This document shows, one piece after another, positions 1 to 13,079 of a stretch of DNA of 64,000 nucleotides. The DNA lies in NCBI GenBank assembly GCA_051294905.1, contig CM119372.1, positions 11,162,001 to 11,226,000 of the forward strand. The letters are read 5' to 3'. The first letter of the stretch is position 1, and each line of letters opens with the position of its first letter. The DNA is from Botryllus schlosseri. Lineage: Eukaryota. The notes beneath the pieces are model-generated. The model did no database searches and was not told where the DNA came from. It saw nothing but the letters and a program-made list of their open reading frames with translations. A program made the position numbers and the translations under genes.

Positions 1-1260
1 TAATACAAGCTTAGTTGACAACTGGAAACTTCCATCAGGTATGTGTGTGTGCGTCAGAATCGTATGTGTGAAATGTAGTGACAGCTTTCTCCCCAAGTCA
101 TGAAGTAACAGCAATAAATGACAACTGTCCTGTCCGGCGTCCACCCTCTAGAACAGGGACGGCCTGCCCGGGGCCCAGCCCGGGAGGTTTTGAGTGGCCC
201 GCGGGTTAATTCTCGAAATTACTAATATTATCAAAAAAAAAATTACCAAAACCAAATAAACCAAATTTTGTTTAGCTTGACCACGAAATTTGGGATTTTG
301 ACGAATAAATTATCAGTTTCGACGCATTGGCGTAGCCAGGGGCCAGCAGCCACATTTTTCGTAGATCGTCCTATATAATGTACAATATTTCGCGCGGCTA
401 TGTCGGGGATCCACCAGAAGTCTTCATGTCATAATTGTTATTGATTTTGATACGTATTAATATATAAGTAATGTTTTCACCGTTACATCAACATTCATAT
501 ATAGTTCATATGGAACATATAGTTCATGATGTATAATTAAGTGCCCCCTGAATGTTTGATGACACCACCTCCTATCAGCAGTCAGCACTGCCAGTAAATC
601 TGATAATGAAAACGTATTTGCAATATGCGAATAACAATAGAATGAACGAATTTCATTCATTAACCAAGAAAAATTTTCGCGCTTCGCGCGAAGGTGTTGT
701 CGTCGGGATTTTCCACAATCATCATATTATCACATCATGTCTGTGAATGGAATATATATAACGATCGCCCCAGATGTTGTGTTAATCATCCAATAAGGGC
801 CCAAGTCCATCGTTTTTTACCTATTTTTCTTTATCTTTAAGGTTCATTTACGTCATCGAATTTTTCGCCCCCCCCCCAAATATTTTTTCTGGCTACGCCC
901 TTGCACATACGGCCCGCGAAAACATTTTGTGCTGCCCGAGATAGCATTTTAAGTATTCAACTGCCTGATTCCACATATATTTTTTTAGATTTGAGAACCT
1001 GAACTTCACCCTTGATCTGCTCCAAAAACCCGCAAACTCATCAACCTTCACTGTCAACAGCTACCATGTGGTGGACGATCATTCGATCAGCTATTATGTA
1101 ACATTTCTTGTTCACGATAAAACATCACCCGCTAATGATTCGTGACTGAAAATTGTAATAAAAACTTGGACGTAACCGTTCGTAAATGACTCGAATTGAG
1201 TCGGGCCAAACGATAAAATCAGAGGACTTGTGACTCGGAACGTCATTACTTGGTATACGA

Positions 1261-1542
1261 GTGGCGAGATAGCGCAGTGGTATAATCCGCGGCTGCAACA
1301 CCAATGGGTGCGGGTTCGAGTCCGACCGAGGTCGATCGACTTCCGAATTCCGATACCTAAGTGTTGGAGGTTTACCTAGGCTCCTCCTCGCCACATCATC
1401 CGCGTCAGCGGTGTCTTACAAAAAGCCTAGAGGTGGGCCGTGCTATAAGTCGGCAGTTACGGAAAATAAGAAGAATATCGGCCTGGTGTAAATGACCATA
1501 GTAGTCGACAAACACCATGAATACCCCAAAACAAACAAACAA
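1261..1542 (+). mobile_element. tRNA-derived SINE, apparently full length
   Basis: Pol III A-box-like TAGCGCAGTGG and B-box GGTTCGAGTCC in the first ~65 nt; (AAAC)n tail; perfect 13-bp TSD ACTTGGTATACGA at 1248-1260 and 1543-1555. Confidence 0.85.
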
Positions 1543-1730
1543 ACTTGGTATACGACCACGGACTCAACAAACTGTCATGGGGAATAGTAATATATCAAAA
1601 GGTCGTAGCTTGCGTAGCGTATAGCTATCTAATCAGGTCAGTATGGTAATAATCGGCATTCTGTTGCCCCCCATGATGTAGGCCTATGGTAAGTTACAGC
1701 CTGGGTGATATTCGGTCTCTTTATCCATGT

Positions 1731-2137
1731 TAGGCTTACCATATTTTGGAAATCTAAAAAGAGGACACTTTTTCAGAAATTTCAGACTTGCAAAACGGAG
1801 AAGAATTCTCAAAAACCGGTGAAAAAGGTCACCTTCTCCGCTCAGAGCTCAAAATACCGTTTTTCTCTCCACGTTGTCGGGTGGATGACTAAAAAAAAGG
1901 TCTCTTTTCGCTCAGAGCTAAATTCACCGTTTTTTACTCCGAAATACCCGCCGGAGCTTCATTTCTGTGCTAATTTGCGGCATATCGCTCGCAATTTGCT
2001 CTGAATCTGACCTAAATTATCAAAAAGGAGGACAATAAAATCTCAAAAAGAGGACAAAAGGGCGTCCTCCGAGGACACTTTCAAAAAAGTCAAAAAAGAG
2101 GACAAATCCTCTTAAAAGAGGACGTATGGTAAGCCTA
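1731..2137. mobile_element. hAT MITE, Blackjack-like (family A)
   Basis: TIR TAGGCTTACCATA at both ends, AAAGAGGAC subterminal repeats; homologous to copies at 10220, 19830 and 31608. No TSD visible on this copy. Confidence 0.85.
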
Positions 2138-2284
2138 GCATATAGGCCTAATAACTAAACAATGCATCCCGAAGGGGTACGCGGACCCCTGGAATAATGT
2201 CCAATCGCCGAAGAATCCATTGCTGTTGTTACAGCTGTAGAGCGTACCGCCACCTTACTCGTCACCGGCGATAATAACATGGAT

Positions 2285-4057
2285 TAGGGATGCCATACGT
2301 CCGGAATTTCCCGGACATGTCCGGAATTTCACCTTTAAAACTGCGTCCGGGAGGAATTTCTAAAACATGCCTACTAAATGTCCGGAATTTTGAAGTAAGC
2401 TCATAATGTTTTACTAAATCAACATAAACAATATTATTTTCGGGCAGAATGACGCTACATGAAATTTTTCTTCGCGCTGCGCGCGATTTAGTAGCACATA
2501 TATTGGTTTTAATATGGTGACTACCACCCTCGCAAAAGCTGCGATCAAAAATAAATAAATAAAAATAACATTCAGTTACAGAAATAAGTCTAATTGTAAT
2601 TGCAATCACAGGATAACGGTATATTCATAAAGTCGGTTTAGGGCGTTTGGACATGGCCTAACGATGTACATTGTACAATTACGCTCCTTGCATTTTCGAA
2701 GTCATATCATCCTCCACCATAGCTCTACCGCAAACTCTGATCATGTGGGCGGAGAGAGGATCAAATTATATAGTAATATATGGAAGAACCAATATTATTG
2801 ACACAATTCATTCAAATCAATTAACGACCAGATGCATATAGCAGTGTTGGGATGACTCGAGTCATGACTTGACTTTGCTAAAATGACTTTGCTTTGCTTG
2901 ACTTTGCTAAAATGACTCGACTTGACTTGACTTGGCGTGTCAGAAAAGTGGATTGACTCGTGACTCGGAGCAAAATTCACGAGTCAATTTCAAGTCATCA
3001 AGTAATCGGTGTCGATAAAAATCACCGTATCTTGCATATGTTCGGGTTGTTCGCGAAACGCTGGTGTAACCCGTGAGAGCGACCAATCATTCGAGGATCG
3101 TGCGTTTTACTGAGCCTCCAATGTTCTTTCACAAAACGAAGTGATCGAAGCTTACAGCTTACCTTGTCGTAAACTAGTAGTAGCCTAAAGCAATAGAATA
3201 GTATAATATCTATTTTTCTTCTCTGTTCTTACCTTAACCAAACCTCTTGTTTTATTGAAATTGAATTCGAATATAATTTATCTACTCCTCAACCATCTTT
3301 TTATATCATATCAATATGTAAATGGATTATGTATTGCATCTCATCAATTTGTTTTTCTCTTCTCTGTTTTTGGTTGATAACTATAAACTGAGGCTATATG
3401 CAATTACTTACGTAGTTCAACAGTTCTACGTATATGATGAGCTATATACTGCGCCTTCTTGGGTGTGTATATATTCAACTCTATATTCGTTCATCGGTTC
3501 AGAATCAATGACCTCTCGATCTGTATTTCAGAAAGCTAGCAAAATGCAATGACGTAACCTTGCCTCATACTCCGAAAAGCCCACTTGACTTGAATTGTGA
3601 CTTGACTCGTGACTTGACTTGACTCGACTTGACTCGAGTCACCTCCAAAAATCGAGTGACTTGACTTGACTCGAGTCACCTTCGGAAATCGATTGACTTG
3701 ACTTGACTCGAGTCAAAATGTGCAATGACTCGAAATAACTCGTGACTCGAAGGTAGTGACTTGATCCCAACACTGGCATAAGCCCTCAGAAACTGCATCG
3801 ATTGCCCTACTTTGGGCTCAAGATCAATGTTTATTTGGACGGGAGGGGGCAGAAAAATGTGGCTTCGGCCCTGGTTACAATAAATTACAACATACAACCA
3901 CATACTCCTGAACCGGATCGTGACCACCTCTAGTCGATAGACAAAGCTTGGCTGGTGTGACGTCATATTCATCAATGTGCTCATACCTCATTTTAAAATC
4001 CGTTAGTGGACGCTAAAGAGCGTCCGGAATTTGTGTTACAAAAATATGGTAACCCTA
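2285..4057. mobile_element. hAT MITE, Blackjack-like (family A2), with a nested family B element
   Basis: Ends TAGGGATGCCATA / TATGGTAACCCTA, GTCCGGAATTT repeats; homologous to 26041-27141; TSD degenerate. Confidence 0.75.
2842..3775. mobile_element. hAT MITE (family B, TGACT pentamer arrays)
   Basis: TIR CAGTGTTGGGAT; subterminal GACTT/GACTC arrays; partial TSD (GCATA). Confidence 0.85.
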
Positions 4058-4107
4058 TCATAGTTCCATTTTGCGAAGGCAAATCTAACTTTGGAAATGG
4101 CATGAGC

Positions 4108-4363
4108 TAGGGTTACCATATTTTGGAAATCTGAAAAGAGGACACTTCTCAAAATTTTTAGACTCATCGCAATACCGGAGGAAAATCCTGAAAAAATGGT
4201 AAATTCTTTGCACTTCGTGGTCGGTTGACTAAAGAAAAAGTCAACTTTCCGGCTCAGCTCCCGAAATAGCCGCCGGAGCGTTGTTACTTCAGTGCTGATT
4301 TGCTGTGTCTCAGTCGAATTTTGCCCTATAAAATCCTCTTGAAAGAGGACGTATGGTGACCTT
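4108..4363. mobile_element. Short hAT MITE related to family A
   Basis: TAGGGTTACCATA ... TATGGTGACCTT; TSD GCATGAGC/GCATGAAC (7/8). Confidence 0.75.
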
Positions 4364-4373
4364 GCATGAACAA

Positions 4374-4690
4374 TAGGGCTCTTCAAAAATGACTTTTTTT
4401 TCTCAAATCGTACTGGCTACTTGATAAAATTGTTAGGTTACCTAACTTAAGCCTACACACCAAATTTGGTTCAATTCCAACCAGTAGCCGCATGGCTACT
4501 AAAGAAGAAAGTTTCTATTTATAATATAAAAATAAATAACGAAAAATGTGAAATTTTTCTGTTCACCCAATGAAAGTATTAGGTTGTCTATAAAAATGAT
4601 GTTCTTCAAATTTGGTTCAATTCCAACGAGTAGAAGCGGAGTTATTGCCGTCAAAAAATTTGGATTTGAATGAAATAGTATTTGGTCACA
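4374..4690. mobile_element. Partial palindromic MITE (family D)
   Basis: Matches one arm of the complete copy at 36573-37117; right boundary approximate. Confidence 0.65.
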
Positions 4691-5075
4691 GAGTCTATTC
4701 GCAGCCTGTTAGGTCGCCCGCCACGCAAATTGGAATTCATTTCGTGTCAGCCCCAAAACAGCATGACATTACGAACGATAAATCAACCTAAACGTAACAG
4801 TATTGGGGAGAGAGTAGGTAAAGCTACTGCTGCAGAAGCGGTAATTCAGATCAGCGATGATAGAAGGCGCACCAGCCTACTGCGTATCAGGTCTGCCCCA
4901 CACCACACACCGTCGATAGTAGCACATGTGCTGCAGGAGATGTCAGTAACCTCAGATCGTAGGCCGCTATACACAGTCTATTGTCGCTAATTTGCATCAC
5001 TAATAACAAAATACTAAATTGCAAATGTATGGCGAAATATTGGACATAAAATCGGCATTTTCAAACATTGACAAA

Positions 5076-6037
5076 TCCAAGTCGCTTCGACATCTTCCTG
5101 TCTATTCATTGTACCGCATTTTTTGTGGTGTATTGAACTGATAAAATTGCTAATAAACCAATGATGATGATGATGATGATGAGGGTTTCGATTTCAACAT
5201 GGAAGCTGTTTCGACCCTGGCTGGCTACGTCACTTCATTTATGTGCATTGCGATATTTATTAACGTCGGGTAGGAAGTAGGCCTATACTGATTCAAGAAG
5301 TCTGAGCTATCGCGGCGGTTTCCTCAAAAAATCACTAAAAGACAAATGACTAGATGAACACATGTTTGTTAACTGCATACTTTCCAACACCAAACGGAAG
5401 CATTGGTCTATTGCCGACGGCTAAATGAATAGGAGAAATATTTGCTTATGACATCACAATAAAGCGGTGTACAGTATTACACTTGAGATAACATCGTACC
5501 ATATTGCTCATTAACCTGTGCGTCAACCTGTACTGACCCATAAACATGTCTTTGTGATAGCTAGCCATCGGCTCATTGTGATTCGGATCTGGTACACCCC
5601 TGTACACCCCATCCGAGTGGGACACCCTTTGCAAATTCTGGTACACCCTAGGCCCTAGGGTGTACGACAACCCCGGTTGAAGAGCACTGGACTAGACAGC
5701 TATTTGACTACTTCCTAAATTTCGGTAATGATCAATGTCTATGAATAGTGTGTGTGCTTGTAATCAGTATAGTGTGCAATGAGAAAATTAATAAGTTATA
5801 TCTCTGTATTATAGTTGCTGACTCATGTATTATATTCTCTGCATTACTTTTCATTCAGTGTGCACTGTGCATGCCTCTTATTTACTTCGCCTATAGGGCC
5901 TAGCCTAAGGTGGGTGTCTGATCTTAAAGGCTAGTACTCCAAGTTGTTTCGACACCTTCCTATCTTTTCATTGTATCGCAGTCTTGTGATGTTTTGAAAC
6001 GATGAAAACATTAATAAACCTGATTGATTGATTGATT
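5076..6037 (+). mobile_element. Two CR1/L2-type LINE 3'-end fragments (about 5076-5183 and 5847-6037)
   Basis: Shared 3' end ...GATAAAATTGCTAATAAACC followed by (ATG)n or (TGAT)n tails; same family as 45099-45620. Confidence 0.7.
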
Positions 6038-8558
6038 GCACAGCAGCTACACTCAATGTTTTATATACATTTAAATTATACAGGATTGGATGCCATGTTT
6101 GAATGATTCATAAATATCAGGATAGTAGAGAGTCCATGTTATAAAAACTTACAAAATATGTAAAAGGAAGGATATTTAGCTAGGCATTCTGTCATGTCAA
6201 TTGCATGATGGATAATTCGAGCTGCGCCACAATGAAACAATTTTGCATGCCGTCGTTAATCATATGCTTGCATATGTTTAATGGTTATATGTTAGTCATT
6301 TAACCGTCGCTGTGTGGCATATAATTTTCGAAGTAGCCTAAATGGGTAATACTGTTGGAGTCGTAGTTCTGTTAAGAAAATATAGTCGGAGTCGGTATAA
6401 GTTTAAAGACTCGAGAGTCGGTATATTGAAAATGTGTGGAGTCGGTGGTGAAATTTACCTACTCCACAGCCACGTTCGTTAATACTACACTTGATCATAA
6501 GAATGCGCCGACTACGCTTGATCGCCGACCTCTGTATTACACTAACTGGGTGGAATTCATGATAAGATTTGTCCGACATTTGTTGCTCCGGAAAAGACCG
6601 CCATATTCTGTTTAGTTTAGATGCTTTAGTGAAGGTGTGTGCAACGAGCGGATGCGCAACAGTGAGATGCAGGGATTTCGAGGCCAGCCTCTGTCGCAAC
6701 GGGACACACGCGAAGACATCGAGTTCCGGCCAATCTACGGCTGGGCAAAGTGAGGTGGCAACAAGATCGGCGATGATAAAACCTTAGCCAAAATTGACCG
6801 TCGCTGGTTGGCTATAAAACCTACGATATTGATATGTCTGTCAGACATTGTCTGGTCGTTTTAATGGTCGGCTCCGAATAGTGACTCCCTTACAATCTGA
6901 GTAGACAGCAGTACAAATACAGACAGACAGACAGACATTTATTGCTTCGTCAAACATAAAAAGTTGACTGGAGGTGACGATATGGCCAATAAAGGCCTTG
7001 TTACTCGTCACCTCCACGGCAGTGAAGTAATCAAGTGTATTCATTTTAATAAACATAACAGTGGACAGTCTGCAACATAGAAGAAAATAATAATCACAAA
7101 TATATATAACGAAGACAGCAACCATGGTAACACACCAGGTAAAGCAATATGAAATCAATAAATGGATGTATAATATATAAATAACACAATACAAATGCGA
7201 CCCGCAGAGCAAATAATGCACCCCAATTTGAAATCGCGTCGTGCACGTTGTCAACTTTCTCGCTCAGCGCCCATTTTCGTACACATTATCAGTTGGTTGA
7301 CTAAAAAAAGGCTCAGCTCCCGAAATTACTGCCGGAGCGTTACTTCAGTGCTGATTTACTGTATCTCAGTCGAATTTTGCCCTTATGTTTAACCAAGATT
7401 CTAAAAAAGAGAACAAAATCTCAGAAAGGAGGACATTTAGGCGTCCTCGGAGGACCTTTTCAAAAACGAGGACAAATCCTCGTAAAGGAGGACGTATGGC
7501 AATCGGCAACCCTACGCTATTCATACAATCAAGTAGGGTTGGGAAAAATCGATTCGATGCTGAATCGAAATACATGCAATTTCTGCGTGGCGAGATAGCA
7601 TAGTGTAGGCGGGTTACCAAATTTTGGAATCACAAAAGGGGGATAATTAAATAGTATATTCATATTGAAATGAACCCGAATATTTTCGGCTGACACTCGT
7701 CAGGGGTAATCGTCAGCAACTAGTAGAGAATTGGAAAGAACATTGTATATCAACAATCGTATCACAAAATATGACGTCACCAGCATGAAATTTCGAATGA
7801 GAGAGACGTTCAATGTACTATTTTTAGGTGATACACGAACTCCTTTTGTTGACAGAGTTTTGGTTGGTGTATTTTGATAAAAGTTGATTCCAAGGCACAC
7901 AAATGGAATTGTGAACGGGGATACTTTTACTATAGAATGCAAACATACATTACATTCTATACTTTTACCAAATTAGGAAAGTTAGTTGATCAAGACTGAA
8001 AACAGCCTATTTTGCTATTTTTAAAGGTCATTACCAGATCGATTTTTTTACCTAAAAAATTTAGACATTTTTGACTTTAAAAAATATAATTTTGACCTAA
8101 CGTAAGCAAATTGGGTGTTTTCCCATATGTTAGAATTGTACTACTTTACTTCATTTCTGGTTGGAACTGTCTGTCCTTACGAAGTAATTTGGCCTGAAAC
8201 TCTTTCGACTAAAAAACTGACGAATTTTTACTCGAAAAAACTTTATTTTAATGAAATCCAGCCCTGTGAAGAATACCAGGAGTTACATCACGAATTACGG
8301 TAGAAATAATTAAAATAAAACGAAAGATACTTTCCTACATTCTCGGGTAGGAAGTGTCTGGATGGCCAGGTCTAATCTGTTATGCACTCCTCTCAAAAAT
8401 ACGGCGCATTTTTTGCGAGTGAAAAATGCTTGCTGGCAGAATTCCTTTTTCAGAGCTGACACAAAGGTCCTGGAGGCTCCAGTTTGTCGAAAGGGTGAAA
8501 GCCCTTTTTCCGTATGTCTTAGAACATAAGGTGCAAAACGATCAAGGAGAGTATAGGC

Positions 8559-9498
8559 CAGTGTTGGGATCAAGTCACTACCTTCGAGTCACGAGTCATT
8601 TCGAGTCATTGCACATTTTGACTCGAGTCAAGTCAAGTCAATCGATTTTCGAAGGTGACTCGAGTCAAGTCAAGTCACTCGATTTTTGTAGGGTGACTCG
8701 AGTCAAGTCGAGTCAAGTCAAGTCAAGTCACGAGTCAAGTCACAATTCAAGTCAAGTTGCCTTTTCGAAGTATGAGGCATGATTACGTCATTGCGTTTTG
8801 CTGGCTGTATGAAATACAGATTGAGTGATCATTGATTCTGAACGAACAAACGAATATAGAGTTAAATATACACGCAAGAAGGCGCTGTATTGCTCACATA
8901 TACGTAGAAATGCTAAGCTACGTAAGTAATTACATAGTCTTAGTTTATAGTTACCAGTCAATATACAGAATAGAAAAACGAATTGATAAGATGCAATACA
9001 TTACCCACTTACAAATTGACATGATACAATTCGAGCCTGCGCCAATGGTTGATGACTATAAACTATATTCGAATTCAATTTCAATAACACAAGAGGTTTG
9101 GTTAAGGTAAGAACAGAGGACAGAAATATGCATTTTGCTACTTTACTATACTAGTTTACGACATCGTAAGCTATAAGCTTCGACCACTTCGTTTGCGGTC
9201 GAATTATTTGTGAAGGAACAATAGAGGCACAGTGAAACGCGCGATCATTGGATGATTAGTAGCTCTCACGGGTTACACGAGCGTTGCGCGACCAATCCGA
9301 CCATATGTAAGATACAATGATTTTTATCGACACCGATTATTTGATGACTTGAAATTGACTCGTGAATTTTGCTCCGAGTCACGAGTCAATCCACATTTTT
9401 GATACGCCGAGTCAAGTCAAGTCAAGTCATTTTAGCAAAGTGACTTGAGTCAAGTCAAGTCATACGAAAAAGTCATGACTCGAGTCATCCCAACACTG
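8559..9498. mobile_element. hAT MITE (family B), complete
   Basis: TIR CAGTGTTGGGAT; perfect 8-bp TSD GTATAGGC. Confidence 0.92.
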
Positions 9499-9619
9499 GT
9501 ATAGGCACATTAGAGCTCGCTACCTTATGATACGTTGCTCCAACTTAATGTTTCGCGAGTATATGAGAAGAGCAAATAAACTCACGATATTAATTGTGTG
9601 TTCTTCTCTTCAGCTCAAT

Positions 9620-11327
9620 CTAACTTTAGAATTCATCAGTTTAATAACGGGAAAGCAGCATTTAAACTACCACCAAAATCTGGATTTTTGTGGCATCTCG
9701 CAACCCGAGCCTCACCCAGAAAAATGAATTCATTTTTAATATTACAGTTGTATGCTACGATTTTACGGTCATGAATGACATACAGAACGCGCACATTAGG
9801 CTATAATTCTACCCAACACAGCTCTACAAAACATGTCTAACGCACGTGATTTCAAATTAGGGCAAATTAAATTCCTCTGCGTGTTGCATTTGTGCTACTG
9901 TCTACTCAGATTGCAAGAGCGGGACTATTCCGTGCCGACAACAGACCATATCCATATCGAAAGGTTTGGCCATCCAACATCAGTCGCCGCTGATGTTTTT
10001 GGTACCGCATTTTATTCGCGGTTTGTTGGCCAAAACCTTACGTCTTTATGTGCCCCGAAGCAGAAGGGGTTGACCTCAAAATGAACGGGTCTCATAGGCC
10101 TGTACCTGCTCGTTGCACACCCCTACACTAGTTCATCCCGTCGGTCTTCGGCCATGTTTTCCAGAAAAACCAGCCGGACAAATCTTATCATGAATTCTCA
10201 TCATAAAGCCACATTATGTTAGGCTTACCATACGTCCTCTTTTAAGAGGATTTGTCCTCTTTTTTGAAAGTGTCCTCGGTGGACGCCCTTTTGACCTCTT
10301 TTTTGAGATTTTGTCCTCTTTTTTGAAAATTTAGGTCAGATTTAGAGGAAATTGCGAGTGATATGCCGCAAATTAGCGCAGAAGTGAAGCTCTGGCGGGT
10401 ATTTCGGAGGGAAAAGCGGTGATTGTAGCTCTGAGCGAAAAGAAGTTTTTTTTTTTTAGTCATCCACCTGGCAATGGGGAGAGAAAAACGTTATTTTGAG
10501 CTCTGAGCGGAAGTGATGACCTTTTTTCTTTTTAGTCAACCGATCACGAAGTGGGATTACCGGTTTTTGAGAATTCTTCTCCAGTTTTGCATGTCTGAAA
10601 TTTCTGAAAAAGTGTCCTCTTTTTACATTTCCAAAATATGGTAAGCCTACATTATATGCGTGTCTCGCTTATCGGCTACAGCACCCAACGCAGTGACCTT
10701 GGATGATATGTAAAAACTACAGTCGGATTATTTTGCAATAAATTCAACTAACATTACCTACATAATAAAAGGTAGCTCTGGCACCGTGTCGACCCAAAAT
10801 TATACTCTTTGCAGTCCATACTTTAATAACCCTTGAAGGGGTGATAACTTGCAAATGGGAGTCTGTAATTATGGTAATTACTACTATCCTCGTGCCTCGC
10901 GCTAATCGAACAGTTATCACGAAAATATGATGATTGTTTAGCGAAAGAACGCAGAAAGTCAATTTGACGTCATTTTTCCAGCCTGACGCAGGCTCAGACG
11001 GGCTGATATGTACTGTATGTCTACCACTACACCAGCTTACAAACCAGGTTATTGGTTACGTAATAATTATAGTGCGAAAATATATATTCACTACGGCTGG
11101 TGAGAGCTACGATTAGTGGTGCTCGTAAGTTATACAAGTTTTTACAATTGCGTCGCCACTACAAAAGTTACACTGACCATAAATTTCCTATTAGGTTTAT
11201 TTGAGTTATTCTACGTCTGAAAAATTACCAATTATTCACGATTTTCATTCGCACTACCTTCGTCATTCGCACTGCAATTTTTTTCCTTCGCACCAGTGCG
11301 AACCGTCACACAGGTTGAAAAGCACTG
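9620..11327. mobile_element. Long non-autonomous hAT-like element (family E); left end not resolved
   Basis: Right end GGTTGAAAAGCACTG; colinear in reverse complement with 62331-64000. Confidence 0.7.
10220..10649. mobile_element. hAT MITE (family A) nested in family E
   Basis: TIR TAGGCTTACCATA; TSD CATTATGT/CATTATAT; absent from the second family E copy. Confidence 0.9.
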
Positions 11328-11800
11328 CTCTATTGCAATTCGTCAGAACTACTCCCAAGTAGAAAATGAAGATCTGAAAAGTACTCGAGTAGTTTCAAAA
11401 AGTAGATTTGGTCAGGGGGTCGCAAACTTTTAGCAGTTAATCGAAGGTTGCTACTTCTGAAATTGCAATGTACCCTTCACAGATAATGCAAGATGACCAT
11501 TGACCAATGACACTGCAAATAGGCCTAGGTTGAATTTTTGGAAATATAGGCTATTCATTACTCAGTTACAGCGATGCAGACCATACAGCGGCTATTTCAC
11601 CCGGTTGTTATGTGATGCAAACATATTCCTAAATTACTTCTTACTTTATAAAATTTTAAGTGAAAGATGAAACTTTGTAATTGACCACTTAGCGCAGAGT
11701 GTTTCAAATATCACAAAGTCCAACTCGCTGGGGGTCTAGGACGATTCTTGTAAAATATAGTTGATAAAACAATACACAAGTTACCAAGTTAGGATGACAT

Positions 11801-12652
11801 TCATCCACGTTTAATATATTTGTGATTAATTTTTACGAAAGCTTCCTTTGATAATCTATCAAAGAAAATGATACCAGATGCTTCCTCAATTTTTTCAATG
11901 GGTTGCAAGAATTCATTCGGATGTTTATCATGGTCCACTGGCTGATTTGGTACGATATATGACAGCATTTCCAGATGATTTTCTTTCTCACAAACAACAA
12001 CTTTAAATAAGTGAGTGGGCACAGCTATATGCCCAGGACCAATCACTTGATATGTCACATGTAGTCGTCCATTTTCATCAGGTTTTGGTAGATACAGTGG
12101 ACCAGTACAAATGTACACATTATCGTAAATTTTGACCAATTTCCTTACATATTTTTCAAGTCTATTCCAAGCATATTGATTGAGATTTGAATCTTGTGGA
12201 ATAACGTTAGACAGAAAAAATGTCTCGTCCATCCAGTCTTGATGTGCTCTGTGATTTGATGCTGCTGCAATATGACCTCTATCATACCCTGACCGATAAT
12301 AGTCAATATTCCTCGCACGAAACATGCCATTGATAGAGTCGTCTTCTGTGAATCTACTATTGGCTCGATCAGAATTTCTTTTATTCAATAAATCTTTATT
12401 CAAGTGTTCAAACACCCAAGTTGCATTCCTCAGGCGATTATCATATGAGAGAATGTAATTCTTTCGTATCTTTATGGAAGCATGACTGACGGGAAACCCG
12501 AACTTCATGATTGCACTTGGACGATTGCTGTTGACAGGTGAAGCAGCGCTGATGGAGGTTGCTTCAAGATTTCTACTCATGTTCAGGCCAAATAGGCTCC
12601 CGCCGAAGAAAGCTGCGGACAATCCAGCTAATTTCCAACTGTAACGTGTCAT
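11801..12652 (-). CDS. ENDOG: Endonuclease G, mitochondrial; single coding exon, 283 aa
   Basis: DRGH active-site motif (GYDRGHIAAASNH), TFFLSNVIPQ, WNRLEKYVR, VYICTGPLYLP, AVPTHLFKV; presequence-like N-terminus. Confidence 0.95.
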   Translation of the reverse strand: MTRYSWKLAGLSAAFFGGSLFGLNMSRNLEATSISAASPVNSNRPSAIMKFGFPVSHASIKIRKNYILSYDNRLRNATWVFEHLNKDLLNKRNSDRANSRFTEDDSINGMFRARNIDYYRSGYDRGHIAAASNHRAHQDWMDETFFLSNVIPQDSNLNQYAWNRLEKYVRKLVKIYDNVYICTGPLYLPKPDENGRLHVTYQVIGPGHIAVPTHLFKVVVCEKENHLEMLSYIVPNQPVDHDKHPNEFLQPIEKIEEASGIIFFDRLSKEAFVKINHKYIKRG

Positions 12653-13079
12653 TGCAATAGTACAATACAGGTCATTTAGAGTAGCCTACAGCTGCAAGAA
12701 CCAGCAAGAAATAATAAATGTCAATTCTCCCACTAGCTGTGACTAACAGAACAATAAATACACTTCGCTTATTCCTATTACTGCATTGTATAACATTTGT
12801 ACAACTGTAATTTATTTCACGAGAGCTTCATCGGACCAAAGCAAATTTTGAACTTGTGTAACTGTTCCTTTGCTGAAAACAGTTGAGTAGCCCTGCGGTG
12901 GTACGGCTAATGCATCAGGCTAATTCATCATCAAGCAAGAACTGCTCAAGTTCTGAAGAAACATAAATTCACAGTCTACTCATTTGGCATTGCGACTTTT
13001 GGTTGGCCTACGTTTCAGTGATACCCCATTGTTACTGCAAACTCTGGGGCATCGTTTTTACTATACCAGCGGTTGTAAC

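Noticed and set aside
1261..1335. Possible tRNA gene
   Set aside because: No clean cloverleaf or oligo-T terminator; the body, tail and TSD make it a SINE head.
457..11116. Many 60-140 aa ORFs in the track
   Set aside because: Most fall within MITEs, SINE or LINE relics, often have non-ATG starts, and show no recognisable domains.
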